DNA of 64,000 bases from a virus (Duplodnaviria; Caudoviricetes): positions 20,997 to 84,996 of the IMG/VR virus record IMGVR_UViG_3300033072_000249; one strand, 5' to 3'. Below the pieces are notes generated by a model that was not told the DNA's origin, searched no databases, and saw only the letters and a program-made list of their open reading frames with translations. Of the stretch, positions 17,401 through 25,623 are shown piece after piece. The translations under genes and the position numbers were made by a program. Positions within the stretch are counted from its first letter, which is position 1. The number at the start of each line of letters is the position of its first letter.

Positions 17401-20303
17401 GCACCGAGGAGCCGAAGTTCAAGGAGATCTCCTACGGCTTCAACGTCACCCCTGGCAAGACTCGCGCATCGCCGAAGATGGACACCGAGCTCGCAGGCAA
17501 GGTGGCCAAGAAGTTCGAGCAGCTGATCCTCGAGATCTACGACCGGGCACAGTCTGGCGATAAGAACGCGCAGATCATCGTCGGCCATCAGACCTGGTAT
17601 CGCAACGTGGCCGAGGTGCTGCGCCGTGAGTACGGCGCCACGGGCGACATGCTGGCTGACCTGCTGGGCGCCACGTCGCCCAACACTCCGGTCGACACGA
17701 ACTGGAAGTTCTCCATCGACATCATGCGCCGCTTTGTGCGCGGCGACTTCGATGAGCAGCTGGAGAAGTTCTCGCAGTTCGTTGAGCGCGGTGGCGACCC
17801 GTCGAAGTACCCGGCTGCCGACAAGATCCGCCAGATCAGCGGCAAGCTGTACGGCATGAACTCGACCAACGCCATGAAGGCACTGGTCGACATGTGGCGC
17901 GTGATCGAGCCCGGCCAGGCGCCCAAGGCGCGCAACTTCGCATTGAACCTGATCGGCCAGTCCAATATGGCCACCATCGACGTGTGGGCTGCCCGCATGC
18001 TGCGCCGCGCCGCCAACATGGTGCGTGGCGTCAAGCTGCCTCGCATCCCGCCTGCTGCAGAGACCGGCGTCACCGGCAACTGGAATGCCGATGGCACCAA
18101 GGTCACCGGCGAGTTCGGCTTCGGTGCCGAGGTCATGCAGATGGTCTCAGATTCGCTGGACAAGCGTGGCATCAAGGTGTCGCCGCCTGACCTCCAGGCC
18201 ATCGCCTGGTTTGCTGAGAAGGAGCTCTGGGGTCAGAAGGGCTGGACCACCAAGACCGGCGAGGGTGGCTCCTTCGAGGAAAACATCGAGGCCACACCGG
18301 TGGAGCGCTACCTGGCCGGCTGGAGCATCCAGCAAGGCGAGAAGCGCCCCGATGAAGGCGAGTCCAGCATGGCCCAGGCGCGGGTGATGTCGATGCTGGT
18401 TGGCGACGACACCGTCCTAGCCGCCCGGGTGCTGCCGACCTATGGCCTGTATGGCGGCACCATTGAGGCCTCATTCGATACTGAATGGACTGCCCAGAAG
18501 GGCAAGCACGATCCGACCATGGTGATGGCCGAGATCGCGAAGCTGGCCCAAGAAAACAACCAGTGGGACATCTTCGTGTCTCGTGTGGTACAGCCTGGCG
18601 AGGACAACCCGAACGCCCGCCCAGGCGTCGAGATCTACTTCCGCGACAGGAAGTCGCTCGACCAGGCCATGCCAGTTTTGGAGCGCTTCACCTCGCGCGG
18701 CCAGGATGGCTTTACAATGGCGGTGGACCCGCGAGCCAAGCGAAAAGGCTTGGACGACCAAGAGTTTATTGGCGTCCGCCTGCAGTACGTGCCCGAGATC
18801 TCGATGCGCTGGGATGACACTCTCCGCGATGAGATCCTGAAGCCCGGAGCTGCCGACAAGATCCTCGGCGAGAAGCGTCAGCTCCTCCACGAGATCGCGC
18901 GCGAAGTTCGCTCCATGGATGGCGTGGCCTTTGCGGCCATGCAGCAGTACGACACGGTTGTCGTCGGAAAGGAAAGCTACGATGAGTACATTGATCGAGC
19001 AACTGAGGAAGGACGTCAGGGAGCTCGAGCGCAAGCATGGTTCGGACGACCCGTACGTCAAGGACTTGAAGGAGCAGCTGCGCGCCTCCGAGGCGAACGC
19101 CGGCAAGTCGACCGAGGAGGTTTACAAGATGCAGGCGACGCAGTTCAAGCCGACCCTGCCGGACGAGCCGATGCGCGAGCAATTCTCGACGCAGGAGGAG
19201 TTCGACGAAGCCCGAGCCGGGTGGATGCATCGGGTCGGAAAGATCAAGGCTCTGGGCGCGAAGAAGACGGGAGCCTGAAGGGTTTGCCGCGCGACTTCAA
19301 GGTCGCCGGCATCGACATCCGCGCCAGCCACTGGGCACCCGCCGAGGCTGTAGCGCGCAAGTACATGGAGGGCGCCGGCCTCGAATACCGGCCGCCAACC
19401 CAGTACGCCAAGGTCGACAAGGAGCGTGCCGCGCGCATCGCTGCCGAGTACGACCGGATGAAGCACGACCCGCAGAACCCCATGGTCAAGGCCGCCTACA
19501 AGGCCCTGGCCAAGGAGACGATCGCCCAATACAAGGCTGTGATCGACAGTGGCCTCGAGGTCGAGTTCATCGACTTTGCCGTCCAGGGAGACCCCTACGC
19601 CGCCAGCCCACGCCTGGCCACCGAGGACGTGCGCAACAACAACCACATGTGGGTGTTCAGCACACGCGATGGCTTTGGCTCCAACGCAGACTTCGACCCT
19701 GAGGACAATCCGCTCCTGGCAGAGACGGAGTTCATGATCAGTGGCCAGCGCGCCCTGGTGAATGACCTGTTCCGCGTGGTCCACGACTACTTCGGCCACG
19801 TCAAGGAAGGCGTCGGCTTCCGGGCCGACGGCGAGGAAAACACCTGGCGCGCGCACAGCTCGATGTTCAGCCCGCTGGCCCAGCGCGCACTGACCACCGA
19901 GACCCGCGGCCAGAACAGCTGGGTGAACTACGGCCCCCACGGCGAGAAGAACCGCACCGCCTCCGCTGGCGACACGATCTTCGCCGACCAGAAGACCGGG
20001 TTGCTGCCGCTGTGGGTGAGCGAAGAGGGGCGCTACGACGACATCACAAAGTCGCCCGCTCGAGTGGATGACGACGAGATCACCGTTACGATCGGTGACG
20101 ATGCGCCGGCCGCGCCGCAAGCCCCCACATCCAAGGACGAGGTGACCGCTCAGGAAGCCAAGGGCAAGAGTGTCACCTACGACGTCGAGGTCGAGGACAC
20201 CGGCGAGACCGCCAAGATGACGGTCGACGCTGGCCAAGCCCTGGCCGACTACGACGAGCGGATCGACACCATGAAGAAACTGTTGGAGTGCCTGAAGAAA
20301 TGA
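11445..20303 (+). CDS. giant polyvalent ejection protein 1 (2952 aa): FlgJ-like glucosaminidase, InPase-like, HExxH metallopeptidase, ART-like domains, HhH-like and unknown domains
   Basis: GQWGLETGWG/NNLGNIK/YAEDPGY (~11535-11925); GNYKK..IENPRG..HYG.I.GT.GADGD.VDVF (14230-14685); HELMH (15009-15023); YHGT..GIFTT..A..Y..FLNIRDP..DG..QLKS (16185-17130); TWY..SPNT..KARNF..N..TIDVW (17560-18290); HDYFGH (~19780). Confidence 0.85.
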   Translation: MYEDLIVPAGGSLPATTSPSANPAPAGGNVESFVQTYLPLAQKVSEKTGVAPESLLGQWGLETGWGKSVIPGTNNLGNIKDVTRKGPVAVDNMTKSSDSYMAFETPDQFGDHYVGLLGRRYKTAMGAGDDSQKFFTELKRSGYAEDPGYIQKGVNAANMVAKVLGGEGRQMTTVRDPQAAAPAPGGEYFMPQRGVYADLIVPPEPRSFGEAAADTALGAASGVVQGVGLLANVAGADNPVSRGASEISQSLMGMQSPQRQAERAARADTIRAAEETGSTWEEIKANVGGFLEAPVETTLNALGTSAPTILTAFIPGLGQAGAARLILQGALGAAQGAGAVKGSIYESVERKLVESGLSKDEAAKIAAGAQAYDSENGGNIAAGAILGAAAGTTGIEAMLSKAMGGNAAARGLLARAGIGVATEAPVEGAQGGQERYASNVALQNEGFDVPTFQGVAGQAAGEAVASAPGGAAFGALTPPGPVPAPIPPELQPVADKAAEPNSPLSKAAMAGVQTGAAQAALQPAAPQVDPMQRLAELEAIGKDKPAQQVTDEAGNPLTAPGERGRFFTAEEKAEYDQLKALRDSTPGMTPEDRDQVQQAEVSQRDEILERVTEIRELLRVPGALDSLRAEGAPTTVQKFLGDLATAASKSASPAVREQALNRAEMAAEVAGLQLQRRDDMPRSQTNERTGPPTRADQAAGMVTSTAGISADERVEALQAIAAYRNPNLPAGTRQAALNRALEIVGRAQAPRGTPSDRQTPAVLDEIPPQPNTPEWFEAEAKRREEGAWQFRQLGYDDEADALLAEIDPLLEAAASARAGELGMEDSAAEGDGIASPVAQQTVDQATAGLPRAPIAPEDVSRPAEERTAARRKRRGQFRQLADLGFETVERDGDGFVLRNAKTGQAVTLESAADAQLARMAIKDAVDAKAHTAAASPLNDRKEPTEGQIRAGNYKKSDVIEMNGVKVVIENPRGSVRRGVGADGKPWETEMKHHYGEIVGTEGADGDRVDVFIGSRPDSNRIFIVDQVNEDGSFDEHKVVFGATSEADARKTYLDNYEKGWTGLGSIKEMAQPDFVQWVKSRAAKKPASESEIGTFTVTSDGKTYTLRSVAVDGMPAAADSAARGERGQRITKNQALLLKGLAGFFGKDVVFFSDPENKVNADGFIKPGDNVTLYINERSGISPLAVFGHELMHLLKLDNPVAYAAIEKVVRDRVADPKGFRADYEGKKRDDAKDGDLSSAELEELISDLNGNLMGDAAFWKSVFDEIQGAAGKEAKGIIAQLQAFLQRMLDGAVAAFKGQPTFKADGFIKDADAVRAAFRTGLAQWAQSQGITKAAMQGELLRAEKKLGDVKKSTPRPTDGLTVTGYHFSKQPRTLLTTGFFGTGLQGSDREQIMAHPDRRLRERLSFYANKGTGVRPESGVGGIAHKAELTNIYDSDADMKRLKEGRDRRGFESAVINVGYSGYLSRLEGSQPAQVILLGRQTVTPEVLGPRNQIDDAPLVPAKQQRPMNLGDKILANKALPAGKMPPQTWAKILMATMPEEAAQLLDVGALGTKDVYKDELVRMIREASGDIKKSAARAKSEFAEVEAKYKDTDQWLKAPNGAKTNLNQRQWVQVRTPAFKKWFGDWEAAAAKGGVWASNDVSKAVDENGEPLVVYHGTDKGGFSEFKEPGGTKRGDLGIFTTPNRWMASSYVRKGRAGAITEDKLQPQDAEIKDLGFSLPNGNRWVLSLDGGKRQSYYETEEAAQDALESMGGEKTSGVYALFLNIRDPNESDFEGALWSGERPDQYQVRNEDGENIEWDGRIYFDLETAQRLADENEGAEVEPADDRFETTDDVVKDARRYDNDGAIIRNVIDDGGGGGGYDLEPSDVFVALDPSQLKSADFNGGEFSADSDDIRKSEKREYKLDIERESRVKSKAVRMLPEELAAIDADAKKLGLSTVQVKSIIDSAKATKRQYPASEGWAPISVVGVNVKKDDDGNQIAGTEEPKFKEISYGFNVTPGKTRASPKMDTELAGKVAKKFEQLILEIYDRAQSGDKNAQIIVGHQTWYRNVAEVLRREYGATGDMLADLLGATSPNTPVDTNWKFSIDIMRRFVRGDFDEQLEKFSQFVERGGDPSKYPAADKIRQISGKLYGMNSTNAMKALVDMWRVIEPGQAPKARNFALNLIGQSNMATIDVWAARMLRRAANMVRGVKLPRIPPAAETGVTGNWNADGTKVTGEFGFGAEVMQMVSDSLDKRGIKVSPPDLQAIAWFAEKELWGQKGWTTKTGEGGSFEENIEATPVERYLAGWSIQQGEKRPDEGESSMAQARVMSMLVGDDTVLAARVLPTYGLYGGTIEASFDTEWTAQKGKHDPTMVMAEIAKLAQENNQWDIFVSRVVQPGEDNPNARPGVEIYFRDRKSLDQAMPVLERFTSRGQDGFTMAVDPRAKRKGLDDQEFIGVRLQYVPEISMRWDDTLRDEILKPGAADKILGEKRQLLHEIAREVRSMDGVAFAAMQQYDTVVVGKESYDEYIDRATEEGRQGARAQAWFGRPVRQGLEGAAARLRGERRQVDRGGLQDAGDAVQADPAGRADARAILDAGGVRRSPSRVDASGRKDQGSGREEDGSLKGLPRDFKVAGIDIRASHWAPAEAVARKYMEGAGLEYRPPTQYAKVDKERAARIAAEYDRMKHDPQNPMVKAAYKALAKETIAQYKAVIDSGLEVEFIDFAVQGDPYAASPRLATEDVRNNNHMWVFSTRDGFGSNADFDPEDNPLLAETEFMISGQRALVNDLFRVVHDYFGHVKEGVGFRADGEENTWRAHSSMFSPLAQRALTTETRGQNSWVNYGPHGEKNRTASAGDTIFADQKTGLLPLWVSEEGRYDDITKSPARVDDDEITVTIGDDAPAAPQAPTSKDEVTAQEAKGKSVTYDVEVEDTGETAKMTVDAGQALADYDERIDTMKKLLECLKK
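18982..19278 (+). CDS. nested overprinted ORF (98 aa, +1 frame) inside giant protein 1
   Basis: AAAGGAAAG RBS upstream of ATG 18982; GC3-rich codons in this frame while the host frame becomes R/G/A-rich with A/T third positions. Confidence 0.65.
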   Translation: MSTLIEQLRKDVRELERKHGSDDPYVKDLKEQLRASEANAGKSTEEVYKMQATQFKPTLPDEPMREQFSTQEEFDEARAGWMHRVGKIKALGAKKTGA

Positions 20304-20710
20304 AGCGCAAAGTCAAGTCAGCATCCGACCTGAAGCGCCTGGCACTTCAGACCGGCGCGTCCGTCGAGATGGGTGGCGGCCGCTTCAACACCAGCATGGA
20401 GCGCGCGCGGCCTGAGCCCACAACTCCACCGCCGCCTCCCGTTGTGGTCGTCGCGCCCGTTGAGGCTCCGCAGCCTGCGCCGGCCCCGCAGCCGATCAGT
20501 CACACCGAGCAGATCCAGGTCAACCTGGACATGGGCCCCGTGGCCGATGCCGTCAACAAGGGGAACGAGCGCATCACCGAGGTGATCACCGAATCCCTGA
20601 AGCAGTTGCATGTTCCAGCCCAGGGCCAGAAGCCGTGCAGCTGGATCTTCACCATCAAGCGCGACACCAGGGGCTTCATTGAGTCCGTGGAAGCCGCTCC
20701 AAAACAGTGA
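20300..20710 (+). CDS. hypothetical protein with Pro-rich linker
   Basis: ATGA overlap with the stop of giant protein 1. Confidence 0.7.
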   Translation: MKRKVKSASDLKRLALQTGASVEMGGGRFNTSMERARPEPTTPPPPPVVVVAPVEAPQPAPAPQPISHTEQIQVNLDMGPVADAVNKGNERITEVITESLKQLHVPAQGQKPCSWIFTIKRDTRGFIESVEAAPKQ

Positions 20711-20713
20711 CTT

Positions 20714-20729
20714 GGCGGTAGAATCCGCC
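20714..20729 (+). promoter_or_regulatory. TAGAAT -10 flanked by GGCGG/CCGCC
   Basis: GGCGG-TAGAAT-CCGCC in the 38-bp gap before 20749. Confidence 0.35.
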
Positions 20730-20748
20730 CGAAATTTTTGAGAGGTCA

Positions 20749-20958
20749 ATGATGCTGCAGGCAATCACTGGGACGCTGGCGCTGATCGATGTGAACACGG
20801 AGTCTCCCAAGGTCTTCTGGCGCGGCAGTCAGCTCGCCGTCCAGGCGGTCTCCGTCGTCGAGCGGAAGGTTTTTCTGCGTGTGAAGCGCGGCACCTTCCC
20901 GGTTGACTTGATCGCAGACCTGCGGTCCAACGAGGTTGAAGTTCGGGAGGTTGCATGA
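20749..20958 (+). CDS. hypothetical protein
   Basis: GAGG RBS, 69 aa. Confidence 0.65.
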   Translation: MMLQAITGTLALIDVNTESPKVFWRGSQLAVQAVSVVERKVFLRVKRGTFPVDLIADLRSNEVEVREVA

Positions 20959-21188
20959 GCACATTTCTTTTGATCGTCCCAGATGGCTGGAGCGAGATGG
21001 CCGACGCGCAAGCGTTTGTTGATCTGCACACCGAAGCCCAGTTGCTCGACTTGCTCAGCTACGGCAACCTCGCAGCAATCGAGGCCATGCTGCAGGACGG
21101 CGGCGTGATCGCACCGGACGCAGCCATGGCCGACTTCCGCATGTTCCGCGATGGCGATGTCTACCGCGTCTGGTATCGGGTGGGATAA
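20955..21188 (+). CDS. hypothetical acidic protein
   Basis: GGAGG RBS, ATGA overlap, 77 aa. Confidence 0.65.
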   Translation: MSTFLLIVPDGWSEMADAQAFVDLHTEAQLLDLLSYGNLAAIEAMLQDGGVIAPDAAMADFRMFRDGDVYRVWYRVG

Positions 21189-23468
21189 GTGCCGGCAATT
21201 CGTGATGCCACTTTTGCCTATGAGTCGGTGACGACAGATGGGGGTCTGACGATCCCCATGTGCGCCTACGAGGCGGGCGACCTGCTGTTTGCATTTCTTG
21301 TTGGCGACACCGGCACGCCAACCGTTGGGACCACCGGAAGTCCTGCTGCCTGGAATCAGTTATTCCAGCGCGTCAACACTTGTTCGCTGACTGTTTTGTG
21401 GCGCTACGCCACGGCGAGCGAGCCAGATCTCGTTATGACAGCCTCCGTCAACGAGACATACTCCGGCTGCCTCGTTGCTGTGCGAGATGTCTTCCAGGGC
21501 TACACCAGTGGCTCGCCGCCAGTATTTTCGCAGACAACGTCAACCGGCACAAAGATCGCACTCCCAACGATCACCACCACCACCAACGACTCGCTGGTGC
21601 TTGCGGTAATTTCGAGTGCAGCAGCTTCGTCATTCTCGTTTGTCGAGGACGCCCTGCAAGACCTGATTAAGGTCGACGGCGCGGCCGAGGGTCTTGGCGT
21701 TGGCTGGTTCTTCAAGAAGGTGGCTGGGCTTACGACGGCCTACAACGCAGCCTCTATGTCAAGCCAGGCCGGCGGCAAGGCTGTGATTGAGGTTCGAGCA
21801 CCTGCTGGTGGAGCGGCTGTCATCCCCGCCTACCCGGTTTCCGACAGCTCCATCTTCTTGAGTCCATCCCCGGGCATTGCTTACGACGGCAACACGGCCA
21901 TCGCGGCGACGGCGGATACAAACTTTGGCACCAGCATTGGCGGCAAGACATGCAATGATGCAACTGTGACCGCCGCGGTCGCAGACATTGGCATCGACAG
22001 GGATGCCTTTCAGTCTTTCGCTGGCGTAACCAATGCCGCCTCAACGACCGCCATCTCTGGCGCAGAGGCTGTTGTTGCTGCCTCCAGGTACAACGTCGGG
22101 AGTCGCAACATCCTGTGCCACTTCCGGCACGCGGCTCCATCATCGAATCAGCGCCTTTCGCCAATCTCATCAGGCCGAGGCATCTGGTTTGGCATGCGCT
22201 CCGGCGCAACTGCTGGCACGAACTGGAAGGTGTGGCAGGTGCATGGCGCTGATGCTCCAATGCCGCCAGGCAACACGCGCCCCATCATCATCAATGCCGC
22301 AAGCACGGACACGATCGCAACCTCTGGGGCTCTCTCGAGCTCAGATGTCCAGGCTTATGGATTCTGGGTTTCCGGTCTTGGCGCCCTCACAAACCAAGCC
22401 GCCTTCGGACCCATGTGGGCCATGGATACCACGGTGCTTTCTGGCGGCGTCGCAGATGAGCCGGTTGATGTTCCATCGATTGTGCAGGCCGCAGCACTCA
22501 ACAAGGTGCGCTACTCCTCGCAACTGCAGGGTGCAAACCAAATGCTGTGTCTTCAGGCCATCCAGTTTGGCGACGGCGGAACCAACCCAATCTATCTCAA
22601 GGTCAATGGCGCGGCCGTCGAGTTCCCGAGCAAGAAGAACACGGCAAAGAAGCTGGTCAACTACAACGGAACAGATGACTCGATTGGCTGGACCTTCTAC
22701 CCAGGAGCATCGGATACCATTGACTTGGCGGGAACGGCCTTTGCATCGGCGTCAAAGTACCACTGGCGCGTTCACCCCAGCGCCTCAGCCAGCGCGACCT
22801 ACAACTTCAGCGGCGTAGCACTCAACGGCGCAGGCGATGTTCAGTTGCGCGCCGTGACCACGTTCTCCGGCATGAGCTTCAACGGATGCCCGACGATCAC
22901 GACAAACGGCGCCGCCATCAGTGGCTGCTCCTTCAGTGATTCGACGGCACTGTGCGCCAGCCCAGCCGCAGCGGCGGCAATCAGCGACAGCGATTTCACC
23001 AGTGGCGGGGCCGGTCACGCCATCCAGATCGGCGGCACGGCAGCCAACATCACACTCAGTGGCTTGACGTTCTCCGGCTACGCAAGCGCCAACGGATCGA
23101 CCGGCAACGAGGCCATCTACGTCAATATCGCCAGTGGCACGGTGAACATCACAATCAGCGGCGGTGACACGCCGAGCATCCGCACTGCCGGCGCGACGGT
23201 GAATGTGATCTCCGGTGCAACGGTGACCTTCACCGGCCTGCCGGTCGGGACCGACATCGTCATCCTGACTGCGGGCACGTCGACCATCCTGCAGCAGGTG
23301 GATCAGCACCCGAGCTCCAGCTACCCATGGGGCTACTCGGGTACGCCGACCGTTGATGTTGGCTTCCTGAAGCCAGGCTTCAAGCCGCGCTACCTTCGCA
23401 ACCTGGCGCTTGGCGCCTCTGATTCCTCAATCCCCGTCGAGCTTCAGGCCGACCTTGCCTATCAGTAA
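21189..23468 (+). CDS. beta-rich virion surface/adhesin-like protein with probable beta-helix
   Basis: 759 aa, S/T/G/A-rich; ..F.GC..ISGC.F..S.F repeats; C-terminal Ig-like segment ending QADLAYQ. Confidence 0.7.
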   Translation: MPAIRDATFAYESVTTDGGLTIPMCAYEAGDLLFAFLVGDTGTPTVGTTGSPAAWNQLFQRVNTCSLTVLWRYATASEPDLVMTASVNETYSGCLVAVRDVFQGYTSGSPPVFSQTTSTGTKIALPTITTTTNDSLVLAVISSAAASSFSFVEDALQDLIKVDGAAEGLGVGWFFKKVAGLTTAYNAASMSSQAGGKAVIEVRAPAGGAAVIPAYPVSDSSIFLSPSPGIAYDGNTAIAATADTNFGTSIGGKTCNDATVTAAVADIGIDRDAFQSFAGVTNAASTTAISGAEAVVAASRYNVGSRNILCHFRHAAPSSNQRLSPISSGRGIWFGMRSGATAGTNWKVWQVHGADAPMPPGNTRPIIINAASTDTIATSGALSSSDVQAYGFWVSGLGALTNQAAFGPMWAMDTTVLSGGVADEPVDVPSIVQAAALNKVRYSSQLQGANQMLCLQAIQFGDGGTNPIYLKVNGAAVEFPSKKNTAKKLVNYNGTDDSIGWTFYPGASDTIDLAGTAFASASKYHWRVHPSASASATYNFSGVALNGAGDVQLRAVTTFSGMSFNGCPTITTNGAAISGCSFSDSTALCASPAAAAAISDSDFTSGGAGHAIQIGGTAANITLSGLTFSGYASANGSTGNEAIYVNIASGTVNITISGGDTPSIRTAGATVNVISGATVTFTGLPVGTDIVILTAGTSTILQQVDQHPSSSYPWGYSGTPTVDVGFLKPGFKPRYLRNLALGASDSSIPVELQADLAYQ

Positions 23469-23480
23469 AGGACCAGCACC

Positions 23481-24857
23481 ATGGCCAAACTTACCAGCAA
23501 AGCCTCACTCAACGTAGGCACCGAAATCGTCATCGACGAGAGCGCCAAGACGATCCAGCTGGTCGCCGCCGGCAACCTCGTCGCCAAGGATGGCGTCACC
23601 CTCCAGGCCGTCTACTCGAAGCTGGTGGACCTGTGGGCCACTGCGAGCTACCAGGACAGCCCGTTCCCGATGTACGCCATCGACGCGCTGTCGGGCCAGT
23701 TCCAGATCGGCACGGACGGCGCGACATTCTCCGGCTGGACCTGGCTGAACGACACGACGCGCAACATGCTGCGCGATGGCGGCTGGTCGGAATACTCCGC
23801 CGCCGGCGTTCTGCTGCGCCAGTACGCAGGCTTCGTCGGCCTGGGCTCTGTGAGCTCCGGAGCGCAGCCCTACTACCACCTGGCCACCACCGACGCGCCT
23901 ACCAACTTCCCCTTCACCGACCAGTTCAACGCTGGCGTGCAGGTGTACGGCGACGCGACCAATGGCAACTTCGACAAGCGCACCTACGCCAAGACGTTCG
24001 TGCGCGAGTATGGCAAGAAATTCAAGTCGTCCGTCCTGGCTGACACCGGCGCTACCGGCACCGGCGCCAACAAGGTCAACTTCCTGATCTCGAACGAAGA
24101 CGACCTGAAGATCACCAACCTACTGGGCACCGACCAGGGCGCAGCCGATGCGGCCATGTCAACCGGCGTCTACGCCGGCATCACCATCGCCTACTACAGC
24201 GCGAACCAGACCCGCACCATTGCCGGCGTCTCGCGCAACTTCAAGATCATCATCGAGGGCAACGGCGGCACCCTGGAGCAGATCTACGCGAAGGTGCAGT
24301 ACCTGCTTCGCCAGAACAGCAACATCAACACCGGCGGCACGGCCGGTTCGGTGACCGGGAAAACCGCCGATGACCTGCTGACCTTCGTGGGTGACACGCT
24401 GGAGACGGCCACCTCCGTCTACATCGACGACGTCTTGTCGGCCGACTCCAACCGCGTCAAGTTCAAAGACGACGGCGGCACCTTCCGTGAGAACCTATTC
24501 GAGGCCGCCGGCACGATCACCTTCAACGCGCCGCTGGTTGGCGCTGGCTCCAGCTACCGCCTGATGTTCAGCGCCCCTCCGGGCGCCGGAAACGACTACG
24601 GCGAGGCGGGCGCCATCACCGTCAACAACGCGGCCGGCACGCCGATCGCCGGCACCATCAGCTCGTCGAGCATCGCATTCACCTACGACTACGACGGCAA
24701 TACCCAGGGCGGGTTCTCCGCCGGCACGGAGCGCCCTGTGACGCTTATCGGCATCCGTCCTGGGTCTGGCAAGTTTGTGGTTGCCACCGGCACGCTGACC
24801 CGCAGTAAGAGCATCTCCCTGTCCTTGGTGGCAGAGCAGGACCGCGTTTACGCATAA
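23481..24857 (+). CDS. virion structural protein
   Basis: AAGGA RBS; 458 aa, T/G-rich; ends EQDRVYA. Confidence 0.7.
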   Translation: MAKLTSKASLNVGTEIVIDESAKTIQLVAAGNLVAKDGVTLQAVYSKLVDLWATASYQDSPFPMYAIDALSGQFQIGTDGATFSGWTWLNDTTRNMLRDGGWSEYSAAGVLLRQYAGFVGLGSVSSGAQPYYHLATTDAPTNFPFTDQFNAGVQVYGDATNGNFDKRTYAKTFVREYGKKFKSSVLADTGATGTGANKVNFLISNEDDLKITNLLGTDQGAADAAMSTGVYAGITIAYYSANQTRTIAGVSRNFKIIIEGNGGTLEQIYAKVQYLLRQNSNINTGGTAGSVTGKTADDLLTFVGDTLETATSVYIDDVLSADSNRVKFKDDGGTFRENLFEAAGTITFNAPLVGAGSSYRLMFSAPPGAGNDYGEAGAITVNNAAGTPIAGTISSSSIAFTYDYDGNTQGGFSAGTERPVTLIGIRPGSGKFVVATGTLTRSKSISLSLVAEQDRVYA

Positions 24858-24860
24858 CCG

Positions 24861-25376
24861 ATGGCCATCTCGATCGACCCGGCGGCCAAGAGGATCGTGC
24901 TGGACAGCACGTCCGTGTCCGCGACCGCAATTTACGCTGCATGGGTGGACTGGGTCGCGACATCGGACAATGCGAAATACCTGCCGGCGTTTCGCTCTGT
25001 GGGTGGCGATGATCTCGGTGATGGCATCTCGATCCCGCCCTACTACTTCCTACTGAACGGCTGGCGCGTCAGGCCCATGGAGGCCGATCAGACCCTGGTC
25101 ATCACGGGCAACCTATTCGTTGATGGCGGCGGAGATCCCATTGTTCCAACGCTGGGGTCGTTCAATGTCCTCGTGAAGTCCGTTGTTCCGGTGCAGGCTC
25201 AGGGCATCAGCACGAGCGGGTCCACTGGGCCGAGCGCTGAGAGCATTGCTGCCGCCGTTCTGGCATCGCTGCAGGCCACACGCCTGCCGGTCAACACCGT
25301 CGAGATGAACGGCGCCGACGTCATCGGCAATGGATCTGAGGCTGATCCGTGGCGGGGCGCAGGTGTTCTCCCATAA
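24861..25376 (+). CDS. structural protein, N-terminus paralogous to 23481
   Basis: ISIDPAAKRIVL...IYAAWVDW...GW aligns by eye with IVIDESAKTIQL...VYSKLVDLW...GW. Confidence 0.7.
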   Translation: MAISIDPAAKRIVLDSTSVSATAIYAAWVDWVATSDNAKYLPAFRSVGGDDLGDGISIPPYYFLLNGWRVRPMEADQTLVITGNLFVDGGGDPIVPTLGSFNVLVKSVVPVQAQGISTSGSTGPSAESIAAAVLASLQATRLPVNTVEMNGADVIGNGSEADPWRGAGVLP

Positions 25377-25623
25377 GTCGTTCAGTCGGAAGTCGTTCGC
25401 GCCTGAATCCTGGGCGCCGTTCACCATCGTCCTGCCGCCGGCTCCACCCCCGGAGATTGTTGGCACCGGTGGCGGCGCCGCAGCTGGCGTGGCCGGCTAC
25501 AAACTTCCATCTGCACTCGAGTACGAAAGCGACATTCGAGCTGAGATAATCCGAGAAGACGAAGAAATCCTGACGGTCATCATGAGTGCCGTCACAAGTG
25601 GAGCATTGAAATGGGTGCATTGA
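25363..25623 (+). CDS. hypothetical protein
   Basis: Probable GTG start at 25363; overlaps both neighbours. Confidence 0.55.
   Translation: MFSHKSFSRKSFAPESWAPFTIVLPPAPPPEIVGTGGGAAAGVAGYKLPSALEYESDIRAEIIREDEEILTVIMSAVTSGALKWVH

Noticed and set aside
13675-18387. Other alternative-frame ORFs in the giant genes as nested genes (e.g. 13675, 14449, 16235, 17336, 18025)
   Set aside because: Unlike 18982-19278 they are R/S/P/A-rich, lack an RBS, and the main frame keeps normal codon usage there
20300-25623. Mobile element (transposon or intron) splitting one giant gene
   Set aside because: No transposase, RT or endonuclease and no terminal repeats; both boundaries are tidy start/stop overlaps
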